In this document: piece by piece, positions 18,546 through 29,615 of the stretch
Layout: every line of letters starts with the position of its first letter
How positions within the stretch are numbered: the stretch's first letter is position 1
The notes under the pieces: generated by a model
The model's database searches: none
What the model saw: the letters and a program-made list of their open reading frames with translations, nothing else
Told to the model about the DNA's origin: nothing
IMG/VR virus record: IMGVR_UViG_3300036821_000178
Location: 1 to 63,853 of that record
Length of the DNA stretch: 63,853 nucleotides
DNA from: a virus
Lineage: Duplodnaviria; Caudoviricetes
Strand: one strand, 5' to 3'
Made by a program: the position numbers and the translations under genes

Positions 18546-19112
18546 ATGAGGCCCTGGCTGCTGGTCGACGTCGACGACGTGCTGCTGTGGCAGAAGCGGG
18601 AAGGGGCAGGCAAGGACGATCCGCCGCACTGCAGGCACCCGCATCACCGGCACCTGCGCAAGCAGATGTTCGGCGTCAGCGCACGTCACGTCGACCGGAC
18701 AATGGGCGTGAAGCTGATGCGGGTGGCCGAGGAGACCGGTGCCGAGCTGGGCTGGTGCACCGGCTGGACGGACGGGGCCAACATCTACGTCTCGCCGGTC
18801 TTCGGCCTGCCGCAGCTGCCTGTTGTCCGCATCATGGACTACCCGGCTGAGATGAAAGACCGGCCGCCCGAGGGCGTATGGAAGTGCCTGAACCTGATCA
18901 CGTGGCTGGCGAGCCCTGGCGGCCAGCATGTCCGCACGGAGCAGATGCGCCCGTTCTGCTGGCTGGACAACGACCCGGACATCCCCGGCTACCTGGCGCA
19001 GGCGCACGGCCTGCCGGAGTTCAGGGTGGTTACGGTCGACCCGGAAACCGCGCTGACCGACGCGAACCTCGCCGAGGCGCGGGGGTGGCTGCGGTCACTG
19101 GGCGGCGCCTAG
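18546..19112 (+). CDS. HAD-superfamily protein
   Basis: LLVDVDDVL and RPFCWLDND motifs. Confidence 0.65.
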   Translation: MRPWLLVDVDDVLLWQKREGAGKDDPPHCRHPHHRHLRKQMFGVSARHVDRTMGVKLMRVAEETGAELGWCTGWTDGANIYVSPVFGLPQLPVVRIMDYPAEMKDRPPEGVWKCLNLITWLASPGGQHVRTEQMRPFCWLDNDPDIPGYLAQAHGLPEFRVVTVDPETALTDANLAEARGWLRSLGGA

Positions 19113-19444
19113 CCGCAGGTGACGGGAGGCGCTGCGCAGCATCTGCTCGCAGTCGGCGCCGGTGGTGCGCGCATCGTCGTAGAAGGCGCTCAGCACCATC
19201 CCCGCAGGGCCGGCGCGCTCGGGGAAATAGGCGATCATGACGGCGCACAGGATCTCGACGGCGGCCGCGACGTCGCGGCCGCTGGCGTCCGTTGCCCAGG
19301 CCGCGCAGTCCAGCGCGCCCGCGATGTCGTGCGGCGCGGCCGGGTTCTCCCGCGGTCCGGTCTCGCCCCGGGGTGCCCAGCCGCCGGCCCGGGCCACGCC
19401 GAGCGCGGTTTCCAGCAGGTCCAGGACAGCCTCGCGGCTCGCCA

Positions 19445-21085
19445 TCAGGCCGCCTCCTCGTCTTCGCGCCCGAGGGGTGCCCGGCAGTAGGGGCACTCGG
19501 TGCGGCCTTCCTTGCGGACCTGGGCGCGCTCGCATTTCTCGCAGACGATGACGTTGTAGGCGTCCAGCCAGGAGATCCCCGAGCCCCAGCACGCCTGCAT
19601 GACCGCGTCGCCGTGGTCGGTGGACCGGCCGATGCGCTTGCGGATGTCATCCTTGGACTCGACCATGATCTTGCCGCCGGACATCGGCTTGTAGTGCACC
19701 GCAGTCAGGTCGCCGGTCAGCAGGTCATCCGGCGGCAGGGCGAGGGTGGCCCCGCGGGCCGGGTCGAGCATCTCGCGCAGGTTCCACCACCCGGCGCTGC
19801 GCAGGTTCGAGAAGCCCAGCTCGCCCGAGGCGTCACGGCGCCGGGTAGCAGCCGAGGCGGTGAACGCCTCGACCTTTGCCTTCATCTCCCGCAGCCGGTC
19901 GACGACGCCCGCTCCGATGCCGATAACGTCGACGATCGCCGTGGCGTCGGGGTTGGCGTCCAGCATGCCCTTGACACGGCCGGTGGTGGCCATGGTGTCC
20001 TCGCGGACCGCAGTGCGCAGCTCGGTGATGACCGGGCCTGAGCGCAGGGCCAGGACGCTGCGGTCGGATCCGGACCGGGCGATGTCGACGCCGATAATGT
20101 AGGGGCCGGGCTGCTGCGGCCGCCCGTCGGCTGTCCACTCGCGCCACCGCTCGTTCGATGCCTCGATCCACGACAGCGGGACGATGGCGTCCTCGTCGCT
20201 GCTCCAGAACTCGCCCAGGACGCGGTTGTTGTAGACGGCCGTAGTGGTGCCCCACTGCAAGGCGCGCTGGTCAGCCCACTTACGGGACACGCGGCGGGCC
20301 TCGATGGCCTCGTTCAGCGTGACGTGCCGGGTCCACCAGTCTTCCGTGCCGGGGGCCCTGCAGTGAATCTCGTAAAACCGCCCGGACGGCTCGCCGGGGG
20401 TGGACATGGCCAGCGCGTACGCTTCCATGCCGTCGCCAGCCTCGGCACCGGAGAATGCGCCCTCGGCGGCATCGAACGTCCCGGCAATGATCGCCTTGGA
20501 CTCATCGAAGATATAGAGGATCGAGTCGGCGTGCGCGCCCTCGATCAGTTCCGGCTTGTCGGACGCCGCAGCGAACGCCTCGCCCATCCGCAGCTTCAGC
20601 TTCAGGGCCATGAGCTCGTTGCGCTCGTCGAACGGGCTGCGGCCAATCTCGTTCCAGACCAGGCGCTTGGACCACTTGCGAACCTCGGGCCACAGGTAGT
20701 GCTCCAGCTGGCGCCAGCCCCCGGCCGTGGCCACGCACTTCCAGTCGCAGCCTGTCGCCTCGCGAGTCAGTGCAAACCATAGGATGACAAGTGCTGATAC
20801 GCCCGTTTTGCCCAGTCCGTGGGGCCCGCGCACTGCGACGCGCTTGCGGTCGACCAGGGCCTGCATGATCTCGCGCTGATAGGAAGTCAGCCCGGTGCTG
20901 CCGCGGAAGGACACGCAGTTGTCGACGAAGCCCACAGGGTCGTGCACGTAGCGGCCGATGCCCTCGTCCATGGCCTGCTGCTGCATCTCGGCGGCCTGGA
21001 AGGCGCGCGCGAGCTCCAGGAACTGCCGGTACTGCAGCGGATCCCACTGCGGGTCGGCGCTAGCGGCCCGGGGGCGTCCCGCCAC
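19445..21085 (-). CDS. terL: Terminase large subunit
   Basis: Walker A (GPHGLGKT), Walker B (YIFDE), STP, nuclease GVDIARSGSD, C-terminal DHGDA. Confidence 0.9.
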   Translation of the reverse strand: MAGRPRAASADPQWDPLQYRQFLELARAFQAAEMQQQAMDEGIGRYVHDPVGFVDNCVSFRGSTGLTSYQREIMQALVDRKRVAVRGPHGLGKTGVSALVILWFALTREATGCDWKCVATAGGWRQLEHYLWPEVRKWSKRLVWNEIGRSPFDERNELMALKLKLRMGEAFAAASDKPELIEGAHADSILYIFDESKAIIAGTFDAAEGAFSGAEAGDGMEAYALAMSTPGEPSGRFYEIHCRAPGTEDWWTRHVTLNEAIEARRVSRKWADQRALQWGTTTAVYNNRVLGEFWSSDEDAIVPLSWIEASNERWREWTADGRPQQPGPYIIGVDIARSGSDRSVLALRSGPVITELRTAVREDTMATTGRVKGMLDANPDATAIVDVIGIGAGVVDRLREMKAKVEAFTASAATRRRDASGELGFSNLRSAGWWNLREMLDPARGATLALPPDDLLTGDLTAVHYKPMSGGKIMVESKDDIRKRIGRSTDHGDAVMQACWGSGISWLDAYNVIVCEKCERAQVRKEGRTECPYCRAPLGREDEEAA

Positions 21086-21632
21086 TGCCCTTCTCCTCGT
21101 GCGGCGCGGCCGGCAGCGCCGCGATCGCCCGGGCTGCGGCGAGCGGGTCGGGGATGCCCAGGGCCTTGCCCTGCTCTTCCAGCGCCGACTTGATGGTGTC
21201 GTAGTCCATCCGCAGCTCGACGCTGCGCTTGGGCGCGTCGGCCCCGTACAGCCGGGCCCGGCGCTCCTCTATCGCCGAGATCGCCAGCGCGGCGCGGATG
21301 GTCTTGTCGTAGTCGACCATCGGCTGGCCGTCCGGGCCGCGGACGAGCTCTCCCTGGGGGGTGTAGATGTAGGTGGTGTAGTCGAGGACCTCCATCAGCC
21401 GGTGGATGGCCCTGTCCAGCCGGGCGCTGCCCAGGCGCCGGACTTCCTCGGCGGTCTCGGCCGGGAAGCGGGCGAGGTACCGGTTGACCATCCGCCGGGC
21501 AGCCTCGGGGGTGGCCACGCCGAGCTCGTCGGCGATCTCGCGCAGCGTCAGGCCGCGGGCGGCCAGTTCAGCTGCGCGCTCGTCCTTGCGTGCCTGGTCG
21601 ATCCTCCCGGCCAGCGTCAGCTTCGGCGGCAT
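21060..21632 (-). CDS. terS: Terminase small subunit (putative)
   Basis: HTH (GLTLREIADELGV) and ERRARLYGADAP; overlaps terL start. Confidence 0.7.
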   Translation of the reverse strand: MPPKLTLAGRIDQARKDERAAELAARGLTLREIADELGVATPEAARRMVNRYLARFPAETAEEVRRLGSARLDRAIHRLMEVLDYTTYIYTPQGELVRGPDGQPMVDYDKTIRAALAISAIEERRARLYGADAPKRSVELRMDYDTIKSALEEQGKALGIPDPLAAARAIAALPAAPHEEKGSGGTPPGR

Positions 21633-23032
21633 GCCCCTCCCCTCACGCGGAACGAGAAAGCACCCCGGCGGAACCGGAGGCGCTTTCGAGGGCGGGGCGG
21701 GTCAGGCGGGAAGCACGACCGCAGATTCAAGCCAGGAGACGGCGACGTCCCAGTCCGGCGCGGTGATCAGGAACCCGGCGCGCGTGCTGATCACCGGCTG
21801 GGCGCTCACGAGGGCGACCTCGGACGGCCAGTCCTCGTCCGCCGAGGCCAGGTGGCCGGCCAGCCGGGTGGCGATCCGGGCGACGGCCGCGAACGACAGG
21901 CCGCGCAGTTCGGGATCCTCCAGCATGAGCGTCAGGCGGATGAAGGGGTCGGGCATCTCGCCCGGCTCCGGTGAGACTCCCTCGTAGGCCGCGCAGATCA
22001 CGGCCGGCATCGCGGTGACCACGCGGGCCGGGGCCAGGTACAGCCGCGGCGAGGTCTCGCCACCGTACCAGGCGCAGACCCGCAGGCCGCCGGGAACTTC
22101 GGTCACGCTGTGATTATCCCGGATAACGCACCGGGACCGCATGGAACAGTGCTTCCGCGCGCCGGGCTGCGCCGAGCGCGCCCGGGACGCAGGGCAGCTG
22201 GCGGACCGCAGGCGGCGGCGCATCCTCAAGCGGCGCGGAAGAGTGACCGGCCCACGGCACCGCCATCAGGCGGGCGCCCAGGCGCGCGGCCAGGACGGCC
22301 TCGGTGGCGTCCTTGAGGGTGACTAGCTCCGCGCCGCGCAGCTGGCGGCTGACCAGGTCCAGGACCTGCCGCTCGCGCAGCGGCGGCCGGCCGTCGCCGC
22401 CGGGGGCAATCTGGGGGTGGCGGGCGCGGATATCACGCAGTGCGCTGCAGTCGGCGCCGTCTAGGTCAAGATCCGCCTGATGGACGAACCAGACGAACTC
22501 ATCACGCCGGGGACCGCGCCAGACGACAAGCGCGACTTCCCAGAACCGGCAGCCGGGGAGCCCGGAAGTCACCTCAGCTGCAGCGAAGCAGATACGAGTA
22601 TCGCTCACGGCGCGTGATGATGCCACGACGCGCGCCGCGACGCAGCCGGGTTTGCCCGGATTAGCCCGGTGCAGGGGACTTAGCTGACAATCTCGTACTG
22701 CGCGAGCCGCCGGTCGCCGGGCTGGCGCATCAGGGAGACCCCGGCGATGCGGCCGGTGACGAGCGGCCGGCCGCGCCCGGAGGGATGCATGACCGCGCTG
22801 GTGACGTGCAGCCCGAGCCACGGGCAGGCCCGCAGCAGGGACGCCGGGGCGCCGACCCTGGCCTCGGCCCAGATGATGCCGTCCGGGTCGCGGGTCAGTG
22901 CCGCAGTGCCGATGACGCGGCGGCGGTCGAAGCCGACGGTGACCGGCACCTCGGCCGGGAGCGCGACCGTGCGGCTCAGCCGCCAGGCGCGACGGTGCCC
23001 GGTCAGGGCCCGGCCGCGGATCAGCGCCGGGC

Positions 23033-23545
23033 TCACCCGGCGGCGGCCTTCTCGAGCACGAGCTCGACGTCGGCACGCGTGCGCCGCTGCGCGGGGACGC
23101 CCCCGCACCCGGGGGCATCGTTGAACCCGATCATCGCGTTCTGCGCGGCACGGCCGCGGTCGGGGGCGAATCCGGCGGCAGCCACCGGGTGGAACTGCTC
23201 GCGGATGATGTCCGCGCACTTCTCCAGCACGGCGATGGCCAGGGGGCATGGCAGCTGCCCGGCCCAGGCGGGCAGCCACTGATCGCCTGCGGCTGCCATG
23301 AAGACCGCGCCCCCGCCGCAGACAGCACCGTCTGCGGCGAGGGTGACATGCTGCGCCCAGCCGCGCTCGCGGAGGATCTCCAGCGCCCGGGCAGCTGCCT
23401 GCGGGACTGCGGCGGCATCGCAGGCGCGGGGACGCTCGGCCTCTTCCGGGAAGAGAGTCTGCAGCCCGAACATGTCCCCCGCATACCGTCCGGGGACCGG
23501 CACCAGGACGGTGCCCGCCGCTGATGCCCCTGCAGCCTTACGCAT
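23033..23545 (-). CDS. Hypothetical phage protein
   Basis: RGWAQ...GAVC..GA...FNDAPG pattern; start uncertain. Confidence 0.4.
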   Translation of the reverse strand: MRKAAGASAAGTVLVPVPGRYAGDMFGLQTLFPEEAERPRACDAAAVPQAAARALEILRERGWAQHVTLAADGAVCGGGAVFMAAAGDQWLPAWAGQLPCPLAIAVLEKCADIIREQFHPVAAAGFAPDRGRAAQNAMIGFNDAPGCGGVPAQRRTRADVELVLEKAAAG

Positions 23546-24236
23546 TCTCGCTACCCCCCGCATCCGATCGCTCACCGGGAGTGTAGGAGAAGGCGGCATG
23601 AACCTCTACCGGATCGGCATTACTGGCGTAAGCGGAGCGAGTACGGGAAACCATCGAGCTCATCCCGCTGACTGAGCCGCAGGTGCCGGCTGCGCTCGCA
23701 TGCCAGTCCATCGTCGCATCGCGGGCGATGCCCAGGGACCCGGCCACGGCGAAAGCGTCCTGGTTGGCGCCGAGGTAGGTGAACAGCCACCCGGCATCCT
23801 GCAGCTCGCCCGTCAGGGCCCGGACGCCAGCCGGCGTCCACTCGCGCGAGATGTTCTCCGCGCCGTCGGTGATGACCACGACAACCGGGTGCGGCCGCCG
23901 CGCAGCCGGGAGCGCCTCGTACCGCGCACGCTCGCGGGTCAGCACGGTGCCCATGGCGTCGAGCAGGGGAGTGCGGCCGCCGGGGATCAGCCTCAGCGGG
24001 GGCGCGATGGCCAGCGGGCAGTCCTCGTAGACCTTCTTCAGGTCCAGGCCCAGGCCGTCGTGGTGGAACTGGTAGAGGGTGACCGTGCACTCGCCGGGCT
24101 GCTCGCGCTGCTCGGCGATAAAGGCGCCGAATGCGCCTTCCATGTCCGTGCGGACGGAGTTCATCGACCCGGACCGGTCGAGGATTACGGTAATCGCGAC
24201 CCGTCGCGAGGGCCGGTGGTCGTGGGCGTCGCGCAC
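23538..24236 (-). CDS. von Willebrand factor A domain protein
   Basis: MIDAS DRSGSM, TPLLDA, VVITDGAEN. Confidence 0.85.
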   Translation of the reverse strand: MRDAHDHRPSRRVAITVILDRSGSMNSVRTDMEGAFGAFIAEQREQPGECTVTLYQFHHDGLGLDLKKVYEDCPLAIAPPLRLIPGGRTPLLDAMGTVLTRERARYEALPAARRPHPVVVVITDGAENISREWTPAGVRALTGELQDAGWLFTYLGANQDAFAVAGSLGIARDATMDWHASAAGTCGSVSGMSSMVSRTRSAYASNADPVEVHAAFSYTPGERSDAGGSENA

Positions 24237-24442
24237 TGCTCCCCCTGACTGGCAACTGCCGGTGCCAGCGGGAACGGCCGGGGGGAACGACCGGGAAAGC
24301 CACTGCACCCGCTAGCTGGCATGTTACCCGTAACGCCGGCCCCGTGCGCAGCCGCTACGGTAGACCGCATTCCCCCCGAGGTTCCTGCTGCCAGAGAGCG
24401 TGGCTTTCCTGGCTGCCTATTCCGGGGGGAAAGGGAAAATTC

Positions 24443-25372
24443 ATGCCCGCAACGATGTGGGTCGCCATCATCTTCGCAATCCTCGCGATCGCCGCGGCCC
24501 TCCTGTCGCTGGCACTGAACGGCACCAGCCGCGACGAGGCCGCGCAGCGGGCCGCCGTGCGGGGCGTCGCGGCCGTGCTCGGGGGCCTGGCGGTCCTGAT
24601 GGTGGTGGTGTCATCGCCGGTGGTGGTCAGCACGCAGGCGATCGGCGTCGAGACGAACTTCGGCCGGCCGACGGGAGACCTGGGCGACGGCCTGCACTTC
24701 AAGGCGCCGTGGGACAACGTCACCGAGATGGACGGGGCGATCCAGACCACCACCGACGCCGGCGCGGACTGCCTGAGCGTGCGCATCGGCGGCCAGCAGA
24801 CCGCCTGCGTGGACATCACGATCCAGTGGCGGATCCGGCCCCGCGCCGCAGACGCGCTGTACCGCAGCTACCACAGCTTCTCCGACGTCCGGGCAGCGCT
24901 GGTCGACCGGGAGCTGGAGCAGGCTGTCAACCAGCAGCTGGCCGGCTACTCGCCGATCGCCGACCTGGCGGCCAGCGGGACGTCGGGCACCACCGAGTGG
25001 ACCGGGTTCTCGGGGCAGATCGCCGCGCAGATGCGCCGGGAGATCGGCGCTCAGATCGACGTGCTCAAGGTGATCATGCCCTACGTCACCTACGACCAGG
25101 CCACGCAGGCGCGGCTGAACTCGCTGCAGCAGCAGATCGCCTCGACGCTCATCGCCCAGCAGGCCGTGCACACCGCGCAGCAGGAGTCCGCGGCGAACAA
25201 GGAGCTCGCGGCGTCCGTCAGCCACGACCCGGACGTGCTGGTCTCCAGGTGCCTGGACTTGCTCAGCCAGATGATCAAGCAGGGCCAGGCCGTCCCGGCC
25301 GGGTTCTCGTGCTGGCCCGGCGGCTCGGCGGCCGCTGTCATCGCGAACGGCAGTTCCGGCTCAGGAGGCTGA
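24443..25372 (+). CDS. SPFH/band-7 domain membrane protein
   Basis: Two N-terminal hydrophobic segments; GVETNFGRP..GLHFKAPW. Confidence 0.8.
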   Translation: MPATMWVAIIFAILAIAAALLSLALNGTSRDEAAQRAAVRGVAAVLGGLAVLMVVVSSPVVVSTQAIGVETNFGRPTGDLGDGLHFKAPWDNVTEMDGAIQTTTDAGADCLSVRIGGQQTACVDITIQWRIRPRAADALYRSYHSFSDVRAALVDRELEQAVNQQLAGYSPIADLAASGTSGTTEWTGFSGQIAAQMRREIGAQIDVLKVIMPYVTYDQATQARLNSLQQQIASTLIAQQAVHTAQQESAANKELAASVSHDPDVLVSRCLDLLSQMIKQGQAVPAGFSCWPGGSAAAVIANGSSGSGG

Positions 25373-25543
25373 CAAAGCGCAGCGCCGGATCCCTCGGGCC
25401 TAGGCACGGAGGGATCCGGCGCTGGTTACCCTGTCAAGGCAATCTAACTTGAGAGGAGAGATCAGCATGACAGGCACCCGCCCGGTTAAGGACGGGCCGA
25501 GCCAAAGACTACAGGACGCCCCCCAGGGGCACGCAAGGTGCCG

Positions 25544-26449
25544 CTATGCGGGAACCTGCAGCCCGGTGCCGGCCAGATCGGCCCGCCGGGGCGGCTCCGC
25601 GAAGACCGGGGAGGTAAGGCGCGGGCAGTAGAAGGACGGGATCCGGTTCAGCGCCCGGGTGCGGTACCCGCGGGCGAAAGCCAGGCAGTTAGCCTCTGTC
25701 TTGTGCCCGGGGCTGCAGCCCCTGACGTGGCGCCCGCGGTCAGACCATGCCGACGAGTCGCAGGAGCGCAGGTCGTGGGCGTACTTGCTCAGCCCGAGCG
25801 CCTTGACGCCGAAGCCGTGCAGCGCCAGTCCCGTGTCTGCGAACTCGGCGGCGATGGCCGCGATCTCGCCGGTGTCCTGGCGGCGGCACACGCTGCCCAG
25901 GCCGACGCGCCACCAGTCTGGGCGCTGCGGGTACAGGTGGGAGGCGTTCAGCAGGTCGATGCCCGCTTTCTCGTACCTGTCGCGGCAGCGGAGGTACTCC
26001 GCGATGGTATAGCCCTGCAGGACGGGGATGACCGGCAGCGTGGCATCCAGCCACATCAGGTCCATGTAATTCCATACCGTGCGCTCCTGATGGACCGGCA
26101 CTGTCAGTTTCGTGCCGACAAAGTACGAGCGGCGGCCCGGTCGGCCGTACCACCCCCCCCTGATCACCGCGTCCTCGCACATGCGGTCCATGGGCGCGGC
26201 CCACTCCATCTTGCCGATCTCGTCGCGGAACCGGCGCACATTGCGGACGTACTCGGCGGCGGAGAACGTCCACCGGCCGAAGTCCTTCAGCATGGTGAAT
26301 CCCATGCTGTCCAGTGCCCACGGGTGAGTAGAGACGGGCAGCGTCCGGCGCCTGAACAGCCGGTTATAGGAGATGAAGAGCTCGAAATCGACCCCGGGGT
26401 CGGCCAGCCAGGACGGCATGTGCGTCCCCAGGTAGAACACGGGGCTCAT
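25544..26449 (-). CDS. DpdA / tRNA-guanine transglycosylase-like protein (7-deazaguanine DNA modification)
   Basis: ALDSMGF, MDRMCE, IPVLQG, LHGFGVK, SCDSSAW; coupled to queD. Confidence 0.7.
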   Translation of the reverse strand: MSPVFYLGTHMPSWLADPGVDFELFISYNRLFRRRTLPVSTHPWALDSMGFTMLKDFGRWTFSAAEYVRNVRRFRDEIGKMEWAAPMDRMCEDAVIRGGWYGRPGRRSYFVGTKLTVPVHQERTVWNYMDLMWLDATLPVIPVLQGYTIAEYLRCRDRYEKAGIDLLNASHLYPQRPDWWRVGLGSVCRRQDTGEIAAIAAEFADTGLALHGFGVKALGLSKYAHDLRSCDSSAWSDRGRHVRGCSPGHKTEANCLAFARGYRTRALNRIPSFYCPRLTSPVFAEPPRRADLAGTGLQVPA

Positions 26450-26808
26450 GGCGGCAGTTCACCGCAGTACACGCATCCTGCCCCGGCGTGCTCGCGGACC
26501 GTGACCTGGACGAGGTCAAGCTGCGCGCTCAGGTGATCCCAGATCCAGCAGGCGAGATACTCGCAGGTCGGGTTAGCCAGGCCGGGCACGTCATTGAGAC
26601 AGTGATGATCGAGTTGCCGACGCAGCGGCTCGAACGCCGACGTAATGTCTGCAAAGTCCGTTACCCATCCCTTTTCATGATCAAGAGGGCCGGTTATGTG
26701 GATCTCCACCTGATAAGAATGGCCGTGCAGCCTGGCGCACTTGTGCCCATCGGGCACGGCAGGCAGGGAGTGCGCTGCCTCGAAGGAGAACTCGCGGAAA
26801 ACCTGCAT
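26446..26808 (-). CDS. queD: 6-carboxy-5,6,7,8-tetrahydropterin synthase
   Basis: FEAAHSL, CARLHGHSY, LDHHCLN, NPTCE. Confidence 0.9.
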   Translation of the reverse strand: MQVFREFSFEAAHSLPAVPDGHKCARLHGHSYQVEIHITGPLDHEKGWVTDFADITSAFEPLRRQLDHHCLNDVPGLANPTCEYLACWIWDHLSAQLDLVQVTVREHAGAGCVYCGELPP

Positions 26809-28894
26809 GCCAGACCCGTCCCTGCAGAAAAGACCGGATGATTAGCATACGACGTCAGGATGCGCGCCATAGCGTGACGACACGCATCAGGTCACCGCCA
26901 ACTGCTCGGATTCACGGCGCCCCGGCGTCCGCTGCGCCGCGCAGTGCGAGCAGGTACTTAAAGGCGCGGTCTGCCTGAGCGGTGCTGATCCCGGTTCCGA
27001 TCATGGCCTCACTGACGAGATCGTCGGACTCGGCGGCCTCGGCCATCTCGAGGAACTGCAGGGCAATCTGGCGCGCGTCAGCGGCCGGGATGGTGGCCTT
27101 CTGCGTCCCGCGGCGCATGGTGACTGCCGCCTCGCCTGTCTTCGAGCTCCCGGCTGGGCCGAGCATCATCGTGGCGGGGGTGCCGAGCAGTCCGGCGCGG
27201 CCGGACTTGCGCAGGGCAGCCGCGCCCAGCCTGGTGACATGCTCCGGGGGCAGTCCCATGTCCGAGACGACCATCATCATCTCGGCACAGGCGGCGCAGG
27301 TCAGCAGGTCCAGCGCCGTCGGCCGGACGTCAGCCACTGAGGCATAGAACTGCACCGGGTCCCAGGTGATCAGGCACTGGGACTCACCATCAGGATTGCG
27401 GCGGGACTCGATCCAGACTGAGAGCTCGTCCTCCTCGCGCCCGGCTGCGGCGGGGTCCCGCGTCACGGCATGATCCAGCGAGCCAGGCGCAGGCGCAGAC
27501 GGGTCAGGGCCGGTGCCGCGCGCAGCCGGGCAGCGTAGATATCCTGCGCTTCCCCGATACTGCACACCCCGGCCTCGATCTGGGCGAGCAGCAGATGCTT
27601 CAGGAGGCGCTGCTCGCGCCGCCTGGCCGTGATCATCATCGTTCCCCCGCTGACCATGGTATGAAGCGCCAGGATCCCGGCGTCAGTCCCCCGCCGTTGC
27701 ACCAGCGCCCGTCACGCAGCCGGTGCGCGCCGACCGCATCCGGCCGCGACTCCGCGACCCCCTGCCAGCAGCGCGGGCAGATCCAGGCAAGCTCGCCCGC
27801 AGCGTACACCGCCCGCAGCGCGCCCGGGTGCCCGCTGCGGACAGCGGCGGCGACAGCAGCGGACAGCATCCGGGCGGCGATAGCGTGCCACTCGGCCAGC
27901 CACGGCGGGATGACTGCCAGGAACCGGGCTGCCAGCCGGACACGCAGCGCCCTCACTGCCGGTTCCGGTTCCTGTTCCGCAGCTCGCAGATCAGCCGCTC
28001 GCCGGTCGCCTCCGCCCAGCCGACGATGGCGCCTATCCCCAGTGCGGCCAGGATGATGTCGTGCAAGGGCCACGACAGGGCCCCGGCCCAGGTGTTCAGG
28101 ACTGCCCAGATGCCCGTGCAAATCACCCATATGATGATCAGCGCCCGGCACTCGCGGAATATCACCCCGGCCGGCGCCCGGTGCCTGCTCACTTTTCCGG
28201 GGTCCCCTCGTCTTCCGCGCCGGCGAGGCCCGACGGGTACCACGCGGGCCCTGCGGGGACCGCGCCGGGGTCTTCTTCCCACTCAGGCATGCACAGAGCC
28301 CGGCGGGCGTCGCTGACGGCGATCTCGCCGTGCCGGACAAGCTGCAGGGCCAGGTCGGCGATCGCGTCGCGCAGGTGAACCGCCTCTGACCGGCGGCCTG
28401 TCGGCTCGTGCACCAGGCACACGCAGTCGCGCCAGGGCCGCTTCCCCCAGGTGATGCGCACCTGGTCCATGAAGCAGGCCGGCGGCGGCTCGAAGCTGAC
28501 CAGCGGGTAGCTCCAGCGCCGGGAAGGGAGTTCAGGGCCGGCCGGCTCCGGCGGCCAGGGCAGCCCGAGCGCCGCCGCGATATCCCGGTGCGCAGCGATA
28601 TGGCCGGTCATGCCGGAGACGGCGTCCTCGTCGAGCCCGGCTGTCATGCCGCGGGCCCGGGGCCGAATCTGAAGCCGGTGATGCACCCGCCGGCGATCAC
28701 GGCGTCGCAGCCGGGGATGTCGGTGGTCACCGAGCCGTCCTCGTGCACCTCGTAGCGGATCTCGTCCTGCAGGGCCGGATCGCCGCTGATCCCGAGGACG
28801 ACCACGCCGCCGCCCAGGCCATCGATCCGGATACCCCCGGCGGGGATGTTAGTCCGGGCGGTCCCTTCCGGCGGTGTCACGCTGACGAGCACGC

Positions 28895-29251
28895 TCATGA
28901 TGCCTGCTCATCATCCGGGCGCAGGGCCTCGACGATGGCGGCGAACAGCACGTCCTTGCGGCGCTGGCCGGCGGGAAGCTGATCCCAGGGCACCAGGCCG
29001 GGATGCGTGCGCGCGACCGCGTCCTTGACCGGGCCGTGCGTCCAGCCGTCGGCATACCTGGACTCGCACCAGGCATCGTGCTGCTGGCGCGGGGTGAGCC
29101 TGCGCGCGAGTGCCGCGGCTACGCCCTCGCGGGCGGACTCGCGCTGCCAGGCAGGAGCCAGTTCCCAGTGCGGCGAGGGCTCCTCGCCTGAGGCCGCCTG
29201 CAGGACCCGGTTGGCCTCATGGCAGGCCCGGGCGATGTACTCGGCATCCAT
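28895..29251 (-). CDS. RyR-domain protein
   Basis: HDAW....ADGWTHGPVKD...THPGLVPWDQL....RRKD. Confidence 0.7.
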   Translation of the reverse strand: MDAEYIARACHEANRVLQAASGEEPSPHWELAPAWQRESAREGVAAALARRLTPRQQHDAWCESRYADGWTHGPVKDAVARTHPGLVPWDQLPAGQRRKDVLFAAIVEALRPDDEQAS

Positions 29252-29300
29252 TCCCCGTGCTCCCGTTGATCGGGTACATCGGGGGGATGTCAGTCACACG

Positions 29301-29585
29301 CTAGCAGCCGCCGGGCCCCAGCCATTCTGCGGCGAGCCGGCCCCCGGCCTCGGTCAGCCAGTAATGCTTCCGCGCCGGGCGCCGAGCGGCACGGGTGATC
29401 TCGGGATCCTCCCACCTGCCCGCGATATAGCCGCGGCCCTCCAGCCGCCCCAGGGCCGGGTACACCACGCCGCTGCGGACACCGGTCGCCCTGATGATCT
29501 CCCGTCCGTAAGCCCCCGGGCTGGACCGGATCGCGGCCAGGATCGCGCAGGAAGGCGGCGTCTTCCGGGGTGGCGCATCAGGCAT
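29301..29585 (-). CDS. PadR-family transcriptional regulator
   Basis: YGREI...SGVVYPALGRLE..GYI, RKHYWLTEAG. Confidence 0.8.
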   Translation of the reverse strand: MPDAPPRKTPPSCAILAAIRSSPGAYGREIIRATGVRSGVVYPALGRLEGRGYIAGRWEDPEITRAARRPARKHYWLTEAGGRLAAEWLGPGGC

Positions 29586-29615
29586 GATCTTATTCTAGCT
29601 TGGTAGGATTAAGGC

